NCBI GenBank assembly: GCA_964016885.1
Contig: OZ024741.1
Location: 248,558,001-248,622,000, forward strand
DNA length: 64,000 nucleotides
Reading direction: 5' to 3'
From: Eledone cirrhosa
Taxonomy: Eukaryota
Part shown: piece after piece, positions 1 to 12,500 of the stretch
Numbering within the stretch: position 1 is the stretch's first letter
How the letters are laid out: each line of letters starts with the position of its first letter
Notes under the pieces: generated by a model
Database searches by the model: none
The model's input: only the letters and a program-made list of their open reading frames with translations
Told to the model about the DNA's origin: nothing
Translations under genes and position numbers: made by a program

Positions 1-40
1 TGTAAAAAAAAATCAGGGGGAGATAATTTGTAAAAAAAAT

Positions 41-165
41 CAAGGGGAGATAATTTCCAGCCGTCCAAGGGGAGATAATTTTCAGCCGTCCAAGGAGAGG
101 TAAATTCTAGCCGTCCAAGGAGATATAATTTCCAGCCGTCCAAGGGGAGATAATTTCCAGCCGTC
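41..165. repeat. A-cassette I'' (5 x 25 bp), representative copy
   Basis: Five A monomers with diagnostic variants ATAATTTTCA, GGAGAGGTAAATTCTAG and GGAGATATAATTTCC. Recurs near 11.1, 18.5, 21.6, 26.9, 34.0, 37.4, 42.8, 48.1 and 56.5 kb. Confidence 0.9.
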
Positions 166-639
166 CAAGGGGAGATAATTTTTAAAAAAAAATCAGGCGG
201 AGATAATTTGTAAACAAAAATCAGGGGGAGATAATTTTTAAAAAAAAATCAGGGGGAGATAATTTGTAAAAAAAAATCAGGGGGAGATAATTTGTAAAAA
301 AAAATCAGGGGGAGATAATTTGTAAAAATAATCAAGGGGAGATAATTTCCAGCCGTCCAAGGGGAGGTAATATCTAGCCATCCAAGGGGAGATAATTTCC
401 AGCCGTCCAAGGGGAGATAATATCCAGCCGTCCAAGGAGACATATTTTCCAGCCGTCCAAGGAGAGGTAATTTCTAGCCGTCCAAGGGGAGATAAGTTCC
501 AGCCTCCAAGGGGAGATAATTTCCAGCCAGCCAAGGGGAGATAATTTGTAAAAAAATCAGGGGGGAGATAATTTGTAAAAAAAATCAGGGGGAGATAATT
601 TGAAAAAAAAATCAGGGGGAGATAATTTGTAAAAAATAT

Positions 640-789
640 CAAGGGGAGATAATTTCCAGCCCTCCAAGGGGCTATAATTTCCAGCCGTGCAAGGGGAGAT
701 AATTTCCAGCCGTCCAAGGGGAGATAATTTCCATCCTTCCAAGGGGAGATAATTTCCAGCCGTCCAAGGGGAGATAATTTCCCGCCAGC
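640..789. repeat. A-cassette IV (6 x 25 bp), representative copy
   Basis: Order: CCCTCC, GGGGCTATAA..CCGTGC, consensus, CCATCCTTCC, consensus, CCCGCCAGCC, usually followed by GGGAAGATAA and the shortened B unit GGCGGAGATTGT. Marker GGGGCTATAA at 668, 11711, 19159, 22201, 24571, 27470, 34652, 38059, 40456, 43382, 45843, 48741 and 57152. Confidence 0.92.
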
Positions 790-2137
790 CAAGGGAAGAT
801 AATTTTTTAAAAAATCAGGCGGAGATTGTAAAAAAAATCAGGGGGAGATAATTTGTAAAAAAATCAGGGGGAGATAATTTGTAAAAAAAAAATCAGGGGG
901 AGATAATTTGTAAAAAAAAATCAGGGGGAGATAATTTGTAAAAAAAATCAGGGGGAGATAATTTGTAAAAAAAATCAGGGGTAGATAATTTGTAAAAAAA
1001 ATCAGGGGGAGATAATTTGTAAAAAAAATCAGGGGGAGATAATTTGTAAAAAAAATCAGGGGTAGATAATTTTCAGCCGTCCAAGGGGAGATAATTTCCA
1101 TCCTTCCAAGGGGAGATAATTTCCAGCCGTCCAAGGGGAGATAATTTCCCGCCAGCCAAGGAGAGATAACATTTAAAAAAATCAGGCGGAGATAATTTGT
1201 AAAAAAATCAGGGGGAGATAATTTGTAAAAAAAATCAGGGGTAGATAATTTTCAGCCGTCCAAGGGGAGATAATTTCCATCCTTCCAAGGGGAGATAATT
1301 TCCAGCCGTCCAAGGGGAGATAATTTCCCGCCAGCCAAGGAGAGATAATATTTAAAAAAATCAGGCGGAGATAATTTGTAAAAAAAATCAGGGGGAGATA
1401 ATTTGTAAAAAAATCAGGGGGAGATAATTTGTAAAAAAAAATCAGGGGGAGATAATTTGTAAAAAAAAATCAGGGGGAGATAATTTGTAAAAAAAAATCA
1501 GGGGTAGATAATTTGTAAAAAAAAATCAGGGGGAGATAATTTGTAAAAAAAAAATCAGGGGGAGATAATTTGTAAAAAAATCAAGGGGAGATAATTTCCA
1601 GCCGTCCAAGGGGAGATAATTTTCAGCCGTCCAAGGAGAGGTAATTTCTAGCCGTCCAAGGGGAGATAATTTCCAGCCGTCCAAGGGGAGATAATTTTTT
1701 TAAAAAATCAGGCGGAGATAATTTGTAAACAAAAATCAGGGGGAGATAATTTGTAAAAAAAAATCAGGGGGAGATAATTTGTAAAAAAAAATCAGGGGGA
1801 GATAATTTGTAAAAAAAATCAAGGGGAGATAATTTGTAAAAAAAATCAGGGGTAGATAATTTGTAAAAAAAAATCAGGGGGAGATAATTTGTAAAAAAAA
1901 AATCAGGGGGAGATAATTTGTAAAAAAATCAAGGGGAGATAATTTCCAGCCGTCCAAGGGGAGATAATTTTCAGCCGTCCAAGGAGAGGTAATTTCTAGC
2001 CGTCCAAGGGGAGATAATTTCCAGCCAGCCAAGGGGAGATAATTTGTAAAAAAATCAGGGGTAGATAATTTGTAAAAAAAAATCAGAGGGAGATAATTTG
2101 TAAAAAAAATCAGGGGGAGATAATTTGTAAAAAAAAT

Positions 2138-2443
2138 CAGGGGTAGATAATTTCCAGCCGTCCAAGGGGAGATAATTTCCATCCTTCCAAGGGGAGATAA
2201 TTTCCAGCCGTCCAAGGGGAGATAATTTCCCGCCAGCCAAGGAGAGATAACATTTAAAAAAATCAGGCGGAGATAATTTGTAAAAAAAATCAGGGGGAGA
2301 TAATTTGTAAAAAAATCAGGGGGAGATAATTTGTAAAAAAAATCAGGGGTAGATAATTTCCAGCCGTCCAAGGGGAGATAATTTCCATCCTTCCAAGGGG
2401 AGATAATTTGCAGCCGTCCAAGGGGAGATAATTTCCCGCCAGC
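2138..2443. repeat. Pair of A-cassettes III (4 x 25 bp each) at 206-bp spacing, representative copy
   Basis: Each cassette reads CAGGGGTAGATAATTT(C/T)C, CCATCCTTCC, consensus, CCCGCCAGCCAAGGAGAGATAA(C/T)ATTT. ORF-track starts 2240/2446 and 7927/8133 differ by 206 bp. Confidence 0.9.
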
Positions 2444-5169
2444 CAAGGAGAGATAATATTTAAAAAAATCAGGCGGAGATAATTTGTAAAAAAAATCAGG
2501 GGGAGATAATTTGTAAAAAAATCAGGGGGAGATAATTTGTAAAAAAAAATCAGGGGAGATAATTTGTAAAAAAAATCAGGGGGAGATAATTTGTAAAAAA
2601 AAATCAGGGGTAGATAATTTGTAAAAAAAAATCAGGGGGAGATAATTTGTAAAAAAAAAATCAGGAGGAGATAATTTGTAAAAAAATCAAGGGGAGATAA
2701 TTTCCAGCCGTCCAAGGGGAGATAATTTTCAGCCGTCCAAGGAGGTAATTTCTAGCCGTCCAAGGGGAGATAATTTCCAGCCGTCCAAGGGGAGATAATT
2801 TTTTTTAAAAAATCAGGCGGAGATAATTTGTAAACAAAAATCAGGGGGAGATAATTTTAAAAAAAAATCAGGGGGAGATAATTTGTAAAAAAAAATCAGG
2901 GGGAGATAATTTGTAAAAAAAATCAAGGGGAGATAATTTCCAGCCGTCCAAGGGGAGGTAATATCTAGCCATCCAAGGGGAGATAATTTCCAGCCGTCCA
3001 AGGGGAGATAATTTCCAGCCGTCCAAGGGGAGATAATATCCAGCCGTCCAAGGAGACATATTTTCCAGCCGTCCAAGGAGAGGTAATTTCTAGCCGTCCA
3101 AGGGGAGATAAGTTCCAGCCTCCAAGGGGAGATAATTTCCAGCCAGCCAAGGGGAGATAATTTTTAAAAAAATCAGGGGGAGATAATTTGTAAAAAAAAA
3201 ATCAGGGGGAGATAATTTGTAAAAAAATCAGGGGTAGATAATTTGTAAAAAAAAAATCAGGGGGAGATAATTTGTAAAAAAAATCAGGGGGAGATAATTT
3301 GTAAAAAAAATCAGGTGGAGATAATTTGTAAAAAAAATCAGGGGGAGATAATTTGTAAAAAAAATCAGGGGTAGATAATTTTCAGCCGTCCAAGGGGAGA
3401 TAATTTCCATCCTTCCAAGGGGAGATAATTTCCAGCCGTCCAAGGGGAGATAATTTCCCGCCAGCCAAGGAGAGATAACATTTAAAAAAATCAGGCGGAG
3501 ATAATTTGTAAAAAAAATCAGTGGGAGATAATTTGTAAAAAAATCAGGGGGAGATAATTTGTAAAAAAAATCAGGGGTAGATAATTTCCAGCCGTCCAAG
3601 GGGAGATAATTTCCATCCTTCCAAGGGGAGATAATTTCCAGCCGTCCAAGGGGAGATAATTTCCCGCCAGCCAAGGAGAGATAATATTTTAAAAAATCAG
3701 GCGGAGATAATTTGTAAAAAAATCAGGGGGAGATAATTTGTAAAAAAATCAGGGGGAGATAATTTGTAAAAAAAAATCAGGGGGAGATAATTTGTAAAAA
3801 AAATCAGGGGGAGATAATTTGTAAAAAAAATCAGGGGTAGATAATTTGTAAAAAAAAATCAGGAGGAGATAATTTGTAAAAAAAAAATCCGTGGGAGATA
3901 ATTTGTAAAAAAATCAAGGGGAGATAATTTCCAGCCGTCCAAGGGGAGATAATTTTCAGCCGTCCAAGGAGGTAATTTCTAGCCGTCCAAGGGGAGATAA
4001 TTTCCAGCCGTCCAAGGGGAGATAATTTTTTTAAAAAAATCAGGCGGAGATAATTTGTAAACAAAAATCAGGGGGAGATAATTTGTAAAAAAAAATCAGG
4101 GGGAGATAATTTGTAAAAAAAAATCAGGGGGAGATAATTTGTAAAAAAAATCAAGGGGAGATAATTTCCAGCCGTCCAAGGGGAGGTAATATCTAGCCAT
4201 CCAAGGGGAGATAATTTCCAGCCGTCCAAGGGGAGATAATTTCCAGCCGTCCAAGGGGAGATAATATCCAGCCGTCCAAGGAGACATATTTTCCAGCCGT
4301 CCAAGGAGAGGTAATTTCTAGCCGTCCAAGGGGAGATAAGTTCCAGCCTCCAAGGGGAGATAATTTCCAGCCAGCCAAGGGGAGATAATTTGTAAAAAAA
4401 TCAGGGGGAGATAATTTGTAAAAAAAAAATCAGTGGGAGATAATTTGTAAAAAAATCAGGGGGAGATAATTTGTAAAAAAAAAATCAGGGGGAGATAATT
4501 TGTAAAAAAAATCAGGGGGAGATAATTTGTAGAAAAAATCAGGGGTAGATAATTTGTAAAAAAAATCAGGGGGAGATAATTTGTAAAAAAAATCAGGGGG
4601 TGATAATTTGTAAAAAAAATCAGGGGTAGATAATTTTCAGCCGTCCAAGGGGAGATAATTTCCATCCTTCCAAGGGGAGATAATTTCCAGCCGTCCAAGG
4701 GGAGATAATTTCCCGCCAGCCAAGGAGAGATAACATTTAAAAAAATCAGGCGGAGATAATTTGTAAAAAAATCAGGGGGAGATAATTTGTAAAAAAATCA
4801 GGGGGAGATAATTTGTAAAAAAAATCAGGGGTAGATAATTTCCAGCCGTCCAAGGGGAGATAATTTCCATCCTTCCAAGGGGAGATAATTTCCAGCCGTC
4901 CAAGGGGAGATAATTTCCCGCCAGCCAAGGAGAGATAATATTTAAAAAAATCAGGCGGAGATAATTTGTAAAAAAAATCAGGGGGAGATAATTTGTAAAA
5001 AAATCAGGGGGAGATAATTTGTAAAAAAAAATCAGGGGGAGATAATTTGTAAAAAAAATCAGGGGGAGATAATTTGTAAAAAAAATCAGGGGTAGATAAT
5101 TTGTAAAAAAAAATCAGGGGGAGATAATTTGTAAAAAAAAAATCAGGGGGAGATAATTTGTAAAAAAAT

Positions 5170-5269
5170 CAAGGGGAGATAATTTCCAGCCGTCCAAGGG
5201 GAGATAATTTTCAGCCGTCCAAGGAGAGGTAATTTCTAGCCGTCCAAGGGGAGATAATTTCCAGCCGTC
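5170..5269. repeat. A-cassette I (4 x 25 bp), representative copy
   Basis: Consensus, ATAATTTTCAGCC, GGAGAGGTAATTTCTAGCC, consensus, then the T(n)A(m)-TCAGGCGG and GTAAACAAAAA junction units. A 2-bp-deleted form (I', GGAGGTAATTTCTAG, 23-bp monomer) occurs at e.g. 2741, 3968, 8427 and 13346. Confidence 0.9.
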
Positions 5270-5408
5270 CAAGGGGAGATAATTTTTTAAAAAAAATCAG
5301 GCGGAGATAATTTGTAAACAAAAATCAGGGGGAGATAATTTGTAAAAAAAAATCAGGGGGAGATAATTTGTAAAAAAAAATCAGGGGGAGATAATTTGTA
5401 AAAAAAAT

Positions 5409-5632
5409 CAAGGGGAGATAATTTCCAGCCGTCCAAGGGGAGGTAATATCTAGCCATCCAAGGGGAGATAATTTCCAGCCGTCCAAGGGGAGATAATTTC
5501 CAGCCGTCCAAGGGGAGATAATATCCAGCCGTCCAAGGAGACATATTTTCCAGCCGTCCAAGGAGAGGTAATTTCTAGCCGTCCAAGGGGAGATAAGTTC
5601 CAGCCTCCAAGGGGAGATAATTTCCAGCCAGC
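5409..5632. repeat. A-cassette II (9 monomers, 224 bp), representative copy
   Basis: Fixed order: consensus, GGGGAGGTAATATCTAGCCATCC, consensus x2, ATAATATCC, GGAGACATATTTTCC, GGAGAGGTAATTTCTAG, 24-bp ATAAGTTCCAGCCTCC, CCAGCCAGCC. This is the source of the recurring 78/63/61-aa ORF triplets in the track. Confidence 0.92.
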
Positions 5633-6599
5633 CAAGGGGAGATAATTTGTAAAAAAATCAGGGGGAGATAATTTGTAAAAAAAAAATCAGGGGGAGATAA
5701 TTTGTAAAAAAATCAGGGGGAGATAATTTGTAAAAAAAAAATCAGGGGGAGATAATTTGTAAAAAAAATCAGGGGGAGATAATTTGTAAAAAAAATCAGG
5801 GGTAGATAATTTGTAAAAAAAATCAGGGGGAGATAATTTGTAAAAAAAATCAGGGGGAGATAATTTGTAAAAAAAATCAGGGGTAGATAATTTTCAGCCG
5901 TCCAAGGGGAGATAATTTCCATCCTTCCAAGGGGAGATAATATCCAGCCGTCCAAGGAGACATATTTTCCAGCCGTCCAAGGAGACGTAATTTCTAGCCG
6001 TCCAAGGGGAGATAAGTTCCAGCCTCCAAGGGGAGATAATTTCCAGCCAGCCAAGGGGAGATAATTTGTAAAAAAATTAGGGGGAGATAATTTGTAAAAA
6101 AAATTAGGGGGAGATAATTTGTAAAAAAAAATCAGGGGTAGATAATTTCCAGCCGTCCAAGGGGAGATAATTTCCATCCTTCCAAGGGGAGATAATTTCC
6201 AGCCGTCCAAGGGGAGATAATTTCCCGCCAGCCAAGGAGAGATAATATTTAAAAAAATCAGGCGGAGATAATTTGTAAAAAAAATCAGAGGGAGATAATT
6301 TGTAAAAAAATCAGGGGGAGATAATTTGTAAAAAAAAATCAGGGGGAGATAATTTGTAAAAAAAATCAGGGGGAGATAATTTGTAAAAAAAAATCAGGGG
6401 TAGATAATTTGTAAAAAAAAATCAGGGGGAGATAATTTGTAAAAAAAAATCAGGGGGAGATAATTTGTAAAAAAATCAAGGGGAGATAATTTCCAGCCGT
6501 CCAAGGGGAGATAATTTTCAGCCGTCCAAGGAGAGGTAATTTCTAGCCGTCCAAGGGGAGATAATTTCCAGCCGTCCAAGGGGATATAATTTTTTTAAA

Positions 6600-9500
6600 A
6601 AAATCAGGCGGAGATAATTTGTAAACAAAAATCAGGGGGAGATAATTTGTAAAAAAAAATCAGGGGGAGATAATTTGTAAAAAAAAATCAGGGGGAGATA
6701 ATTTGTAAAAAAAATCAAGGGGAGATAATTTCCAGCCGTCCAAGGGGAGGTAATATCTAGCCATCCAAGGGGAGATAATTTCCAGCCGTCCAAGGGGAGA
6801 TAATTTCCAGCCGTCCAAGGGGAGATAATATCCAGCCGTCCAAGGAGACATATTTTCCAGCCGTCCAAGGAGACGTAATTTCTAGCCGTCCAAGGGGAGA
6901 TAAGTTCCAGCCTCCAAGGGGAGATAATTTCCAGCCAGCCAAGGGGAGATAATTTGTAAAAAAATTAGGGGGAGATAATTTGTAAAAAAAAATTAGGGGG
7001 AGATAATTTGTAAAAAAAAATCAGGGGGAGATAATTTGTAAAAAAAAATCAGGGGGAGATAATTTGTAAAAAAAATCAAGGGGAGATAATTTCCAGCCAG
7101 CCAAGGGGAGATAATTTGTAAAAAAATTAGGGGGAGATAATTTGTAAAAAAAAATTAGGGGGAGATAATTTGTAAAAAAAAATCAGGGGGAGATAATTTG
7201 TAAAAAAAAATCAGGGGGAGATAATTTGTAAAAAAAAAATCAGGCGGAGATAATTTGTAAAAAAATCAAGGGGAGATAATTTCCAGCCGTCCAAGGGGAG
7301 ATAATTTTCAGCCGTCCAAGGAGAGGTAATTTCTAGCCGTCCAAGGGGAGATAATTTCCAGCCGTCCAAGGGGAGATAATTTTTTTAAAAAAATCAGGCG
7401 GAGATAATTTGTAAACAAAAATCAGGGGGAGATAATTTGTAAAAAAAAATCAGGGGGAGATAATTTGTAAAAAAAATCAGGGGGAGATAATTTGTAAAAA
7501 AAAATCAAGGGGAGATAATTTGTAAAAAAAAATCAGGGGTAGATAATTTGTAAAAAAAAATCAGGGGTAGATAATTTGTAAAAAAAAAATCAGGGGGAGA
7601 TAATTTGTAAAAAAATCAAGGGGAGATAATTTCCAGCCGTCCAAGGGGAGATAATTTTCAGCCGTCCAAGGAGAGGTAATTTCTAGCCGTCCAAGGGGAG
7701 ATAATTTCCAGCCAGCCAAGGGGAGATAATTTGTAAAAAAATCAGGGGTAGATAATTTGTAAAAAAAAATCAGGGGGAGATAATTTGTAAAAAAAATCAG
7801 GGGGAGATAATTTGTAAAAAAAATCAGGGGTACATAATTTCCAGCCGTCCAAGGGGAGATAATTTCCATCCTTCCAAGGGGAGATAATTTCCAGCCGTCC
7901 AAGGGGAGATAATTTCCCGCCAGCCAAGGAGAGATAACATTTAAAAAAATCAGGCGGAGATAATTTGTAAAAAAAATCAGGGGGAGATAATTTGTAAAAA
8001 AATCAGGGGGAGATAATTTGTAAAAAAAATCAGGGGTAGATAATTTCCAGCCGTCCAAGGGGAGATAATTTCCATCCTTCCAAGGGGAGATAATTTCCAG
8101 CCGTCCAAGGGGAGATAATTTCCCGCCAGCCAAGGAGAGATAATATTTAAAAAAATCAGGCGGAGATAATTTGTAAAAAAAATCAGGGGGAGATAATTTG
8201 TAAAAAAATCAGGAGGAGATAATTTGTAAAAAAAAATCAGGGGAGATAATTTGTAAAAAAAATCAGGGGGAGATAATTTGTAAAAAAAAATCAGGGGTAG
8301 ATAATTTGTAAAAAAAATCAGGGGGAGATAATTTGTAAAAAAAAAATCAGGGGGAGATAATTTGTAAAAAAATCAAGGGGAGATAATTTCCAGCCGTCCA
8401 AGGGGAGATAATTTTCAGCCGTCCAAGGAGGTAATTTCTAGCCGTCCAAGGGGAGATAATTTCCAGCCGTCCAAGGGGAGATAATTTTTTTAAAAAAATC
8501 AGGCGGAGATAATTTGTAAACAAAAATCAGGGGGAGATAATTTGTAAAAAAAAATCAGGGGGAGATAATTTGTAAAAAAAAATCAGGGGGAGATAATTTG
8601 TAAAAAAAATCAAGGGGAGATAATTTCCAGCCGTCCAAGGTGAGGTAATATCTAGCCATCCAAGGGGAGATAATTTCCAGCCGTCCAAGGGGAGATAATT
8701 TCCAGCCGTCCAAGGGGAGATAATATCCAGCCGTCCAAGGAGACATATTTTCCAGCCGTCCAAGGAGAGGTAATTTCTAGCCGTCCAAGGGGAGATAAGT
8801 TCCAGCCTCCAAGGGGAGATAATTTCCAGCCAGCCAAGGGGAGATAATTTGTAAAAAAATCAGGGGGAGATAATTTGTAAAAAAAAAATCAGGGGGAGAT
8901 AATTTGTAAAAAAATCAGGGGGAGATAATTTGTAAAAAAAAAATCAGGGGGAGATAATTTGTAAAAAAAATCAGGGGGAGATAATTTGTAGAAAAAATCA
9001 GGGGTAGATAATTTGTAAAAAAAATCAGGGGGAGATAATTTGTAAAAAAAATCAGGGGGAGATAATTTGTAAAAAAAATCAGGGGTAGATAATTTTCAGC
9101 CGTCCAAGGGGAGATAATTTCCATCCTTCCAAGGGGAGATAATTTCCAGCCGTCCAAGGGGAGATAATTTCCCGCCAGCCAAGGAGAGATAACATTTAAA
9201 AAAATCAGGCGGAGATAATTTCTAAAAAAAATCAGGGGGAGATAATTTGTAAAAAAATCAGGGGGAGATAATTTGTAAAAAAAATCAGGGGTAGATAATT
9301 TCCAGCCGTCCAAGGGGAGATAATTTCCATCCTTCCAAGGGGAGATAATTTCCAGCCGTCCAAGGGGAGATAATTTCCGGCCAGCCAAGGAGAGATAATA
9401 TTTAAAAAAATCAGGCGGAGATAATTTGTAAAAAAAATCAGGGGGAGATAATTTGTAAAAAAATCAGGGGGAGATAATTTGTAAAAAAAAATCAGGGGGA

Positions 9501-12500
9501 GATAATTTGTAAAAAAAATCAGGGGGAGATAATTTGTAAAAAAATCAAGGGGAGATAATTTCCAGCCGTCCAAGGGGAGATAATTTTCAGCCGTCCAAGG
9601 AGAGGTAATTTCTAGCCGTCCAAGGGGAGATAATTTCCAGCCGTCCAAGGGGAGATAATTTTTTTAAAAAAATCAGGCGGAGATAATTTGTAAACAAAAA
9701 TCAGGGGGAGATAATTTGTAAAAAAAAATCAGGGGGAGATAATTTGTAAAAAAAAATCAGGGGGAGATAATTTGTAAAAAAAATCAAGGGGAGATAATTT
9801 CCAGCCGTCCAAGGGGAGGTAATATCTAGCCATCCAAGGGGAGATAATTTCCAGCCGTCCAAGGGGAGATAATTTCCAGCCGTCCAAGGGGAGATAATAT
9901 CCAGCCGTCCAAGGAGACATATTTTCCAGCCGTCCAAGGAGCGGTAATTTCTAGCCGTCCAAGGGGAGATAAGTTCCAGCCTCCAAGGGGAGATAATTTC
10001 CCGCCAGCCAAGGAGAGATAACATTTAAAAAAATCAGGCGGAGATAATTTGTAAAAAAAATCAGGGGGAGATAATTTGTAAAAAAATCAGGGGGAAATAA
10101 TTTGTAAAAAAAATCAGGGGTAGATAATTTCCAGCCGTCCAAGGGGAGATAATTTCCATCCTTCCAAGGGGAGATAATTTCCAGCCGTCCAAGGGGAGAT
10201 AATTTCCCGCCAGCCAAGGAGAGATAATATTTAAAAAAATCAGGCGGAGATAATTTGTAAAAAAAATCAGGGGGAGATAATTTGTAAAAAAATCAGGGGG
10301 AGATAATTTGTAAAAAAAAATCAGGGGGAGATAATTTGTAAAAAAAATCAGGGGGAGATAATGTGTAAAAAAAAATCAGGGGTAGATAATTTGTAAAAAA
10401 AAATCAGGGGGAGATAATTTGTAAAAAAAAATCAGGGGGAGATAATTTGTAAAAAAATCAAGGGGAGATAATTTCCAGCCGTCCAAGGGGAGATAATTTT
10501 CAGCCGTCCAAGGAGAGGTAATTTCTAGCCGTCCAAGGGGAGATAATTTCCAGCCGTCCAAGGGGAGATAATTTTTTTAAAAAAATCAGGCGGAGATAAT
10601 TTGTAAACAAAAATCAGGGGGAGATAATTTGTAAAAAAAAATCAGGGGGAGATAATTTGTAAAAAAAAATCAGGGGGAGATAATTTGTAAAAAAAATCAA
10701 GGGGAGATAATTTCCAGCCGTCCAAGGGGAGGTAATATCTAGCCATCCAAGGGGAGATAATTTCCAGCCGTCCAAGGGGAGATAATTTCCAGCCGTCCAA
10801 GGGGAGATAATATCCAGCCGTCCAAGGAGACATATTTTCCAGCCGTCCAAGGAGACGTAATTTCTAGCCGTCCAAGGGGAGATAAGTTCCAGCCTCCAAG
10901 GGGAGATAATTTCCAGCCAGCCAAGGGGAGATAATTTGTAAAAAAATTAGGGGGAGATAATTTGTAAAAAAAAATTAGGGGGAGATAATTTGTAAAAAAA
11001 AATCAGGGGGAGATAATTTGTAAAAAAAAATCAGGGGGAGATAATTTGTAAAAAAAAATCAGGGGGAGATAATTTGTAAAAAAAATCAAGGGGAGATAAT
11101 TTCCAGCCGTCCAAGGGGAGATAATTTTCAGCCGTCCAAGGAGAGGTAAATTCTAGCCGTCCAAGGAGATATAATTTCCAGCCGTCCAAGGGGAGATAAT
11201 TTCCAGCCGTCCAAGGGGAGATAATTTTTAAAAAAAAATCAGGCGGAGATAATTTGTAAACAAAAATCAGGGGGAGATAATTTTTAAAAAAAAATCAGGG
11301 GGAGATAATTTGTAAAAAAAAATCAGGGGGAGATAATTTGTAAAAAAAATCAAGGGGAGATAATTTCCAGCCGTCCAAGGGGAGGTAATATCTAGCCATC
11401 CAAGGGGAGATAATTTCCAGCCGTCCAAGGGGAGATAATTTCCAGCCGTCCAAGGGGAGATAATATCCAGCCGTCCAAGGAGACATATTTTCCAGCCGTC
11501 CAAGGAGAGGTAATTTCTAGCCGTCCAAGGGGAGATAAGTTCCAGCCTCCAAGGGGAGATAATTTCCAGCCAGCCAAGGGGAGATAATTTGTAAAAAAAT
11601 CAGGGGGGAGATAATTTGTAAAAAAAATCAGGGGGAGATAATTTGAAAAAAAAATCAGGGGGAGATAATTTGTAAAAAATATCAAGGGGAGATAATTTCC
11701 AGCCCTCCAAGGGGCTATAATTTCCAGCCGTGCAAGGGGGGATAATTTCCAGCCGTCCAAGGGGAGATAATTTCCATCCTTCCAAGGGGAGATAATTTCC
11801 AGCCGTCCAAGGGGAGATAATTTCCCGCCAGCCAAGGGAAGATAATTTTTTAAAAAATCAGGCGGAGATTGTAAAAAAAATCAGGGGGAGATAATTTGTA
11901 AAAAAATCAGGGGGAGATAATTTGTAAAAAAAATCAGGGGGAGATAATTTGTAAAAAAAAATCAGGGGGAGATAATTTGTAAAAAAAATCAGGGGGAGAT
12001 AATTTGTAAAAAAAATCAGGGGTAGATAATTTGTAAAAAAAATCAGGGGGAGATAATTTGTAAAAAAAATCAGGGGGAGATAATTTGTAAAAAATATCAG
12101 GGGTAGATAATTTTCAGCCGTCCAAGGGGAGATAATTTCCATCCTTCCAAGGGGAGATAATTTCCAGCCGTCCAAGGGGAGATAATTTCCCGCCAGCCAA
12201 GGAGAGATAACATTTAAAAAAATCAGGCGGAGATAATTTGTAAAAAAATCAGGGGGAGATAATTTGTAAAAAAAAATCAGGGGGAGATAATTCGTAAAAA
12301 AAAATCAGGGGGAGATAATTTGCAAAAAAAAATCAGGGGTAGATAATTTGTAAAAAAAAATCAGGGGGAGATAATTTGTAAAAAAAAAATCAGGGGGAGA
12401 TAATTTGTAAAAAAATCAAGGGGAGATAATTTCCAGCCGTCCAAGGGGAGATAATTTTCAGCCGTCCAAGGAGAGGTAATTTCTAGCCGTCCAAGGGGAG

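Noticed and set aside
830-1070. Strong intrinsic curvature from phased A-tracts in B runs
   Set aside because: The A-tracts recur every 26-29 bp, about 2.5-2.75 helical turns, so successive bends largely oppose rather than add, unlike 10-11-bp phased bent DNA.
6077-7165. Telomeric repeat tract (TTAGGG)
   Set aside because: The hexamers are isolated single copies inside 26-28-bp units, produced by one C>T change. There is no tandem (TTAGGG)n.
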